Assembly: GCA_001179505.1 (NCBI GenBank)
Contig: CDMY01000784.1
Location: forward strand, 1 to 20,295
Length of the DNA stretch: 20,295 nt
Source: Vitrella brassicaformis CCMP3155
Taxonomy: Eukaryota > Protista > Chromerida
Reading direction: 5' to 3'
Shown here: positions 1 to 7,589 of the stretch, piece after piece
Position numbering within the stretch: position 1 is the stretch's first letter
Layout: each line of letters starts with the position of its first letter
The notes under the pieces: generated by a model
Told to the model about the DNA's origin: nothing
What the model saw: only the letters and a program-made list of their open reading frames with translations
Databases searched by the model: none
Position numbers and translations under genes: made by a program

Positions 1-2
1 CC

Positions 3-578
3 CTTGGCGACTTCAGCTATCTCGTCAGCCGCCTTCATGAAGTCGCATCAACAGTGCCAGACGAGACGATGATCATCGTCATACTATCGGCATTGCCTGA
101 GAGATTCGACATGTTCAAGGCAACCATGGCGCACGAGTCAGCATCCCGCGCGTATCGTGGAGAAGCACTGACCTGGCCGCAATTTGAAGAAGCTCTTCGT
201 AATGCGAACGACCGCATGAAACAGCTGCGAAGAGAGCAGCGAGACCGTCAGCATCAGCAGAAGGGCCGTCCATCCGGAAGACAACATGACCGTCAAGACC
301 AGCGTAGTCAGCATGATGATGAGAGGAAGGGATGGACTAACAGACGACCTGACAACAGATACAACAACACCAACAGGAACAATGACAATGGATGGAGGAA
401 CCAGCCGAGCAACACCAACAGACAGAGCAGCAACTACTGGCGACCTGCCTCATCCACTTATGCCCAATCCTCTCAGCGCACCTGGCACACTGGCGGGCAG
501 CAGCAGGGAGGAGGCAGCAGCAGCAGCAAACATGGCGCCCTACAGAACGACGAGATAAGGACGGCGACGTCATTATAA
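3..578 (+). pseudogene. gag: copia Gag, C-terminal part (5'-truncated by window)
   Basis: Frame 3 is open from base 3: LGDFSYLVSRLHEVASTVPDETMIIVILSALPERFDMFK resembles the copia Gag (UBN2/Retrotran_gag_2) IL.ALP..FD motif. It runs into an N/R/Q-rich tail and shifts to frame 2 near 510-530. Confidence 0.8.
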
Positions 579-769
579 ACAACACCCGAGCGCGAGCCAA
601 CGACAGACGGAACGACCGACGTCCCAATCGCCAACACGCCAACCAATTCGACGTCTACGAAGAGGAAGAACAACAGCAACAAGGAAATGAGGACTTTGCC
701 ACGATTGGGGCAGTCGAGATAGAAGAACTGGCTGATGAGATGGTGCACGTGAATGGTGTGTCTTCATCC

Positions 770-1105
770 TCACCTAAGGCAATGATGATGGACACTTGAG
801 CAGTGCGATCATGCTGTTTTGAAGAGCAGCTCTTCGACAAGATCAAGCCACTCGACCACGACATCAACGTCATCATGGCGAATGGATCAATTGCACCAGC
901 AATGGGTGTCGGTTGCATTAAGTTTACCTGTGGAGAGATCAACAAAGGCAAGAAGAAGGTCATGGTGGACAACGTGCTGTATGTGCCCAAACTCAAGTTC
1001 AACCTGCTTTCTCTTGCTCACCTTATCGACGATTACAACGTCAAGCTCGAGATTGATCATGACGCTGCGTTCCTGAAGACAAAAGAGGAGATATGTACCC
1101 ATTGA
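770..1105 (+). pseudogene. copia aspartic protease, inactivated
   Basis: AMMMDT*AVRSCC: TGA at 797-799 sits where the Gly of the catalytic D(S/T)G belongs. It is followed by VIMANGS..GVG..DNVLYVPKLKFNLLSL, typical of copia PR. Frameshift near 1085-1095 into MYPLIREGRFWYL. Confidence 0.88.
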
Positions 1106-1287
1106 TACGTGAAGGGCGATTCTGGTACCTCAACATTTACAAGGACCCGTCCGACTGCCCGAATGCGACCGATGAACGAGTGGTTGACGTCATGGAGCAG
1201 CCGCACACACCATCGGTGGACGATGACAGTGAAGAACCGACGAATATGATGACAACAGACGTATTAGTCGCGGAAGTCGTCACACAA

Positions 1288-2112
1288 TAGCGACTGCATC
1301 AGCAATTTGCCCACATCAATGATGGATACCTCAAGAAACTACCTGAAGTGACAAGACACGCACCAAAGGCAAAGAAGGAGAACAACAGTGACGACGAGAA
1401 GGCAAAGTGTGAAGTGTGTTTGAAGGCCAAGATGAAGCGACTGTCGTATGCAGGAGATGCGTATCAATACCAACACCCTGGTGATCTCATCCACGTCGAC
1501 CTGTCACAGATCAAGCAGCCAAGCGAGAGAGGATACAAGTATTTGATGGTGGTGGTCGAGGATATATCAAGGTGGCTGCAGACTTACTTCCTTAAGAAGA
1601 AATCGGATGCCCCTGCCGCATTCATCCAGAACTGCACTGCAGTCCGCATGCCCAAGGCAGTGAGGACAGATGGAGGGGCGGAGCTCATCAAGGGCCAGTG
1701 AAAAGAGTTCTGCGAGACAAACCAGATAAACCCATATCATCAGTCCCAGAATGGAGTGGCTGAGCGAGCCATTGGTGTGATTTGTGCTATGGCGCGTGCA
1801 CTGCTATTCACTGCCGGCTTACCCGTATCTTATTGGTGTTATGCAACGTACATCAAGAACCGCACGCCAACCGCAGCTAACGAGGGAATGAAGACGCTTC
1901 ATGAGCTCTTCATCGGCTATCCACCCAATGTCGGCCACATCCGCACCTTCGGCTGCAAGGCACACATCAACCAGAGGAAAGAGACGATTGGTAAGATGAA
2001 CCCTCGCACGCAGATCGGCATCTTACTTGGGTATGACCCAGCGATCAAGGACGGCTATCTGTTGTACCTGCCGCACACACGGCAATTGGTGCTGTCACGC
2101 AATGTGGTATTT
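1288..2112 (+). pseudogene. copia integrase (HHCC finger, DDE core, SH3-like tail), inactivated
   Basis: HQQFAH (1297-1314) and CEVC (1408-1419); LIHVDL, VRTDGGAE, QNGVAER; FGCKAH..LLGYD..SRNVVFD. Stops: TAG 1288-1290 and TGA 1699-1701. Confidence 0.92.
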
Positions 2113-2170
2113 GACAAGGCGATACTGCCTGGACAAGAGATTGACAAGGCGATACTGCCTGGACAAGAGA
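2111..2170 (+). repeat. perfect 30-bp tandem duplication, in frame within pol
   Basis: TTGACAAGGCGATACTGCCTGGACAAGAGA x2, giving DKAILPGQEI-DKAILPGQEK. Confidence 0.95.
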
Positions 2171-2538
2171 AAAAGCCACGAGCACCATCAGCAATCGAAT
2201 TCATCTACCCACAAAAACCCGCGGCATCTCTGAGTGAGCCCTTATCAGCAATCGAAGACATATACGACGACAACAATGAACCACATCAGCATCAGGAGAC
2301 AAATGACGCCCAAAATGACAGTGGCCAAGAGGGGGAGGAAGACACTGCTGAGCAACAAATAAGAACAACAAGAATAAAGGATGAGCGACGCATCCCTGGA
2401 CGCGTCTATGAAGACCAATTCTTTGATCATCCTGACCTGCTCTTTGTGAATGAAGATGGCGAGATGACAGAAGATCCATCGAACGACAACAAGACCGCAG
2501 ATGACCCATCACTTCCACAGCTATTTCACCCAACCATA

Positions 2539-3610
2539 CCGAAGACCTATAACCGAGCAATCAAGTTAGCAGCAGCAGACCAATGGAAAGAAGCCATGGA
2601 TCGTGAGATGAAGTCGATTGAAGACCTGGAAGTGTTTGAGTATGTGCCGGAGAAAGCCGCAACGACCAAAATCATCTCATGCAAATGGGTATTTGCTCTC
2701 AAGCCTGACAAGTACAAGGCCCGCATCGTCGCAAGAGGATTTGAACAAGACGGCAACCAAGTGGATGACGTGTTTTCTCCTACGTCCTCCTACCACGTTG
2801 TTCGATCAGCGTTTGCCCTGGCGAATCAAGTATCAAGTCAACCTGGAGATACATCGGATGGACATCAACACAGCATTCCTCAACGCCTCGCTGGACGAGC
2901 CTCTCTCTATCTGGTGCCCACATGAATATGAGAAGTCCGGCCATGTTGTTCGTCTACGGAAGGCATTGTATGGCCTCAAGGAAGCCCCGCGCGCATGGAA
3001 CATCACCTTTTACAACCAACTATACGACAGGGGGTTCGTTTGCCATCCTCAGGAGCTCTGTGTATACCTGCACAAGGACAACAACATCCTTCTTGTGGTG
3101 TTCGTCGACAACCTTTCCATCGTCAGCGAACAAGAGGGGGTCACCTGATTCAAACAGCAGCTGTCGAGCGTGTTTGCGACGAAGGACCTGGGCGAGGTTG
3201 ACGTCTTTCTCGGCATCAAGATCATCCGAAATTCTCAAGAAAGGACCCTGCAGATCACACAGCCACAGTACATCGACAAGATGCTCAAGAGATTCAGCAT
3301 GGAGAATGCGAACCCAGTGGATTTCCCTTGTGCATCCGGCGTTCAACTGACCTCTGAGATGTCACCGAAGACGGACGAAGAGAAGATGAAGATGAAGAAG
3401 GTCGCCTATCGACAACTCGTTGGCACATTGATGTTCTGCTCGGTCACGTGCCGCCCGGACATCGCTTATATGGTCAAGGACCTTGCACGATACGCTCACG
3501 AGCCCGGTTTTGAGCATTGGCAGGCAGCAAAGAGGGTTTTTCGTTATCTGAGTGGGACAAAAGACAAGGGGATCGAGTTCAAGGCCGAGGCAGGCAAGGA
3601 AGGTCGGATT
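2539..3610 (+). pseudogene. copia reverse transcriptase (RVT_2), inactivated
   Basis: PKTY..WKEAMDREM, CKWVF..YKARIVARGF, MDINTAFLN, LRKALYGLKEAPRAW, VFVDNL (3101-3112, in place of YVDD), KDLG..FLGI, YRQLVGTLM..RPDIAY. Frameshift from a 7-bp duplication at 2825-2838 and TGA at 3146-3148. Confidence 0.95.
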
Positions 3611-4094
3611 GATCTGACTGCCCTCTCTTACTCGTCTTGGGCTGATTGTGTGGGTCGCAAGTCTAGTGGTGGTCATGTTGTGTTTGTGTGTGGTGGACCT
3701 GTGTATTGGAGTGCGAAAACCCAGCCATTGGTGACGCTGTCGTCAACGGAGGCTGAATACGTACAGATGAGTGAGTGTGCCACTGCCCTCGTGTATCTGG
3801 CATCATTTTTCCGTGGCATACCCCTTTTTGGTGTTCGGTTTGGGAGTGCGTATCTTATGGCTGATAATAAGGGAGCTATCCTGAGCGCACAGAATCCGAT
3901 AGTCAGTCACAGAACGAAACACATTGATGTGCGTTATCACTCCATACGTCAGCTAGTTAGTTCAGTCAGGCTTCCTCGCTATTTTATACGTACATACCAG
4001 TAAGAACATAGCTGACATACTCACGAAGGGACTCGGGCGTGAAGCGCACAAGTACCTGAGTGAGAGAGTTATAGGCAGGATTAGATGGCAGTGA
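3611..4094 (+). pseudogene. copia RNase H, inactivated
   Basis: SYSSWAD (TAC at 3629-3631 where the first catalytic Asp is expected), RKSSGG, LSSTEAEY, ADNKGAI, RTKHIDVRYH. After removing a 4-bp duplication at 3962-3969 it reads GFLAILYVHTSKNIADILTKGL to TGA at 4092-4094. Confidence 0.92.
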
Positions 4095-4338
4095 GTTTGT
4101 TAAAGCGTGGAAGGGCAATAGAGGATGAATGAGTCTGCATCTGTGTACCAACTTGGTGTGAGGTGGTCACTTGGGAAGGAAGGGCATCGTGGATGTGTTG
4201 TGACATGCTGTAACTGTTCCATCTGTGCACACACCACACCATTCGTGCTCATGCTGATCTGTGCACTTGTCCACTGTGTGTGTGCGTTACCTGCCCAGTG
4301 ATTTTTTTTCTTGAGTACACGCCGTGATGGTTCGTCTT

Positions 4339-4347
4339 GAGAGGGGG
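4339..4347 (+). promoter_or_regulatory. polypurine tract (plus-strand primer)
   Basis: GAGAGGGGG immediately followed by TGTCAGG, downstream of pol; the canonical PPT/LTR junction. Confidence 0.8.
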
Positions 4348-4764
4348 TGTCAGGAATGCCAGCTTGGCAAGACGAACCACTGCGAGCTTGTGAGCTAGGG
4401 TAGATTGCTGTGTAACGGAGAGAGAGAGGTGGAGCGAGGAGAAGACAAGGAAAGACAAGGAAAGCGTTCTGAGGAGACACGATCTTATCAGCCATCACCG
4501 AAGTCAGATCTGTGTTGACCACCCTTCATGGTGTCATACATGGACAGAAACAACTTTGACTGACTGGCCAGTCCATCGGTCTTACTCAAGTAAAAGCACT
4601 CTTACTCTGGGACTTACCGCTCAGCAGATCCTCTATTCAGCTAACTACAGAAAAGGTCCTCACCGGCCTTTCGCACAGTCCCATTTGAGGACATTCTGCT
4701 GCAGCTCGTCTAAGATCTGCTCGGTGTTCCCTGCTGAATCCGCCATGCCAGAGCGATCGTAACA
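4348..4764 (+). repeat. probable 3' LTR (~417 bp)
   Basis: Starts TGTCAGGAATGC after the PPT. Candidate end GCGATCGTAACA is an imperfect inverted match (8/12). The right boundary is unverified because the 5' LTR is not in the window. Confidence 0.55.
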
Positions 4765-5019
4765 CAACAGACACAGACACACAGACTCTGCCTGCCGTTG
4801 CGCTATGAGTTAATGTCTCTCCCACGCAAAAAAAAAACAAAAAAGCGGTCGTAACTCTTGTTTGACGTGACTCTGCGTCTCTAACCCGGGGGATTCTTTT
4901 TTTCCCTCTTTTTTTTTCCTTCTTTCTGTTTCCCCTTTCTTTTGTGTGTGTCTATGGTGTGTGGCGTCTGTCTCGGTCTTCTCTGTGGGTTTCCATGATC
5001 ATAATGTCCATTCAAGCGT

Positions 5020-7452
5020 CTACACACTACGAAAGCCGAACAGGACCGGTGTGCGTTTTCCTCGGACTGCGGCCGTCATATTATCATACATGGCATTGAA
5101 CTCATAATTGGCTACAATCAGCGACCTGCAGCCCACCCCAACAGAGCACGAAAGGACTCTGGCTCACACAAAACCACCCGTCAGGCCACTCAGTCAGAGG
5201 AATTGCATCCATGTGGGGCGCGCCGAGGAGTGCTCTCGCGGCTCAAAATGGTGGGTCGCAAAGGTTCGATTCAGAGGCAGATGTGCGTAGACACAGTACA
5301 GGGGGGGAGAAGAGAGGGAGGAAAAGTAAGAAAACCAAGGAGTCCAAACCGAAGTTCCCGTGTCCTGAAGGACTTCGCCCTTAAGAAAGAACCTCGTGGT
5401 AGCGACGTTAGGGACGAGCGGCAGAAAGTTGAGAAAGTCTCTCCGAATCATCTGGTACCACGTCGTGTACCGCAGCCCTACATCCCGCTTTGGGGAGAAG
5501 CCTATTGAGCCAACGAGGCGAGAGAAGAAGACGCTTACATCCGACGGCACTTGCTGAGAATACACATGCACACATGCAATGAGGACACTCTAGAAAAGTC
5601 CGCGTTGCTCACCATGATATTCTTCCGGTGTCAGACGGGAGCCATCTTCTTTTTTTTCCAGAGTGCGTGTATATGATGAATATCCGCACACCTGTGCATG
5701 CACGTGTGGACTTGGAGTGCGTGTATATCATGAATGTCTGTATGCGCACACCTGCGCATGCACATGTGGACTTGGAGTGCGTGTATATGATGAATGTCCG
5801 CACACCTGTGCATGCACGTGTGGACTTGGAGTGCGTGTATATGATGAATGTCTGTGTGCGCACAGCTGTGGGTGGACTTGGAGTGCGTGTATAGGATGAA
5901 TCTCTGTGTGCACGCACGTGCATGCTATATGAGAAACTCTGTGTGCGCACACGTGCGCATGAACGGGTGGACTTGGAGTGTGTGTATATGATGAATGTCG
6001 CTGTGCGCACCCCTGCGCATGCAAGTGCGCATGCACGGGTGGACTTGGAGTGCGTGTATATGATGAATCTCTGTGTGCGCACCCTTGCGCATCACGTGCG
6101 CATGCACGTATGGACTTGGAGTGCGTGTATATGATGAATGTCTTTGTGCGCACACTTGCGCATGCGCGTGTGGACTTGGAGTGCGTGTATATCATGAATG
6201 TTTGTGTGCGCACACCTGCGTATGCCTGCGCATGCACGTATGGACTTGGAGTGCGTGTATATGATGAATGTTTGTGTGCGCACACTTGCGCATGCGCGTG
6301 TGGACTTGGAGTGCGTGTATATCATGAATGTTTGTGTGCGCACACCTGCGCATGCGCGTCTGGACTTGGAGTGAATCAGGTCCAGCACCTGATAGGAGCC
6401 ACGAATACAGATGTGTGTTTGTTGCCCAATCATATCTTCACCCTACACTATACGCACCTGTTTCCCGAATGTGGAGTTGGCAACAATGAAAGACGGGCAG
6501 TCCGACACACACAGACGGGTGCTCTCATGCCGACTCATGAACGGCTGCAATGCAAACAAACACACCACCATTTGCACAGAATAGCTATATGTGGTCCACA
6601 CCCTGTTTGGCCAACCCGCTGTGAGTGAGCAGCTTTGAGGCCATCGGTGGCGATCGAGTAGACGGCTGGCCGCGTGTCAGCTATCTCAAACACCACTGTC
6701 ATCGACCTTTCGTCGCCGGAGTTGCTCCCGAGGGAGCCGTCAAAAAGAGTGGACGGGAGGAAGGCGTCAAGGGCATTCAGAAGCACGCCATGAGGTGGCA
6801 GACACACACCTGCAACCCACACACCAACCAGTATAAGAAGACAGCCATGCCAACCAGCCACATGTGTTTGTCGTTGACACGTACCTCCGAGTCGCAGCTG
6901 CATGGTGAGGCACAGCAGCCTGGTGGCCAGGTCCCTCTGCCCCCTCTCCAGCCACGCGGCCAACACACGCATCGCCTCAATGGGCAGATCCCACCAGGCC
7001 GCATCAACGTCCAGCCACTCCACCGAATACCCGTGGCGCACATAGGCGTCCAAGGCGCAATCTGAGTGGCCCTCACTCCCAGTCGTCAGCACCCTCACAC
7101 TGGCAGAGGGATGGTGCCACAAGACCGACTCCAGCGTGCTGAAGAACATCTGTGGAAGACGCCTGCCGCCCTCCATCCATGGAATAAACACATTCAGCCG
7201 TCCATTCTCGTGATGCAGAGCCCTCTGCGGCCGACTTGAAGATGGAAAGTCATGATGATTGTGGTCATCTGGCAGCGTCGCCGTATCGTTCGGCAGCTGC
7301 GGCATCTTGATCTGGGCCGTTTGTGGACGCGGGATGAGTCCATCGGATGGCAGAGGGCGGGGCAAAGATGTTGGAGTCGTTTGAGCTCGGCTAAAGACGA
7401 GATGATCCAGCAGCACTGCCACAGCAAGGGAAAGGCAATGAAAGGCCACCAT
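5020..7452 (-). CDS. secreted GT32/alpha-1,4-glycosyltransferase-like protein lacking DXD; multi-exon, 3' part uncertain
   Basis: ATG 7452 with signal peptide MVAFHCLSLAVAVLLDHLVFSRA. Exons 7452-6885, 6809-6616, 6544-6458 and 6388-~6346 are phase-consistent. VFIPW..STLESVLWHHPSASVRVL resembles the A4GALT/Gly_transf_sug N-terminus. Likely further exons at 5691-5613, ~5550-5350, ~5245-5178 and 5125-5020 (SLIVANYEFNAMYDNM..FRSV*), but I could not phase all of these. Confidence 0.55.
5661..6373 (+). repeat. minisatellite array 1, ~12 units of 52-72 bp
   Basis: Consensus GTGGACTTGGAGTGCGTGTATATGATGAATGTCTGTGTGCGCACACCTGCGCATGCACGT. GGACTTGG cores at 5708, 5768, 5822, 5874, 5969, 6041, 6112, 6172, 6242, 6302 and 6362. 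Confidence 0.97.
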
Positions 7453-7589
7453 TTTCCCAGATCTCTTTCCCCCTTCCGACGCGAGCTGCACATTCAAGCT
7501 CGCAAGAGAGAGAAGGGAAGAAAGCGCTGGAGTGAGGCGTAGCGATGCATTCCGCCACCCACGCCGCACACCAGACGCAACAGCACGCC

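Larger units (their letters stand above)
1..4764 (+). mobile_element. Ty1/copia LTR retrotransposon, degenerate; 5' LTR and start of gag lie outside the window
   Basis: Domain order gag-protease-integrase-RT-RNaseH is diagnostic of copia. It is followed by a PPT and a TG...CA LTR candidate. At least 4 in-frame stops and 4 frameshifts. Confidence 0.95.

Noticed and set aside
500-580. Programmed gag-pol ribosomal frameshift
   Set aside because: There is no XXXYYYZ or CTTAGGC slippery site, and similar breaks occur elsewhere in pol; decay is the simpler explanation.
1288-3148. Alternative genetic code or readthrough (TGA=Trp) keeping pol functional
   Set aside because: The element also has a TAG, four frameshifts and mutated catalytic residues, and TGA serves as the true stop of the GH16 gene.
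4825-4945. tRNA or other Pol III RNA flanked by A/T runs
   Set aside because: No cloverleaf, A/B boxes or snRNA motifs; more likely 3' UTR or intergenic homopolymers.
5661-6373. CRISPR array (constant ~30-nt repeat with variable 22-42 nt spacers)
   Set aside because: The spacers are all variants of one another, lengths are irregular, there are no cas genes or leader, and the context is a spliced eukaryotic gene.
5609-6628. Cys/His-rich repeat ORFs across the arrays (also 19755-20192)
   Set aside because: Unit lengths of 52, 70, 71 and 95 nt do not preserve frame; these are translation shadows of the minisatellite.
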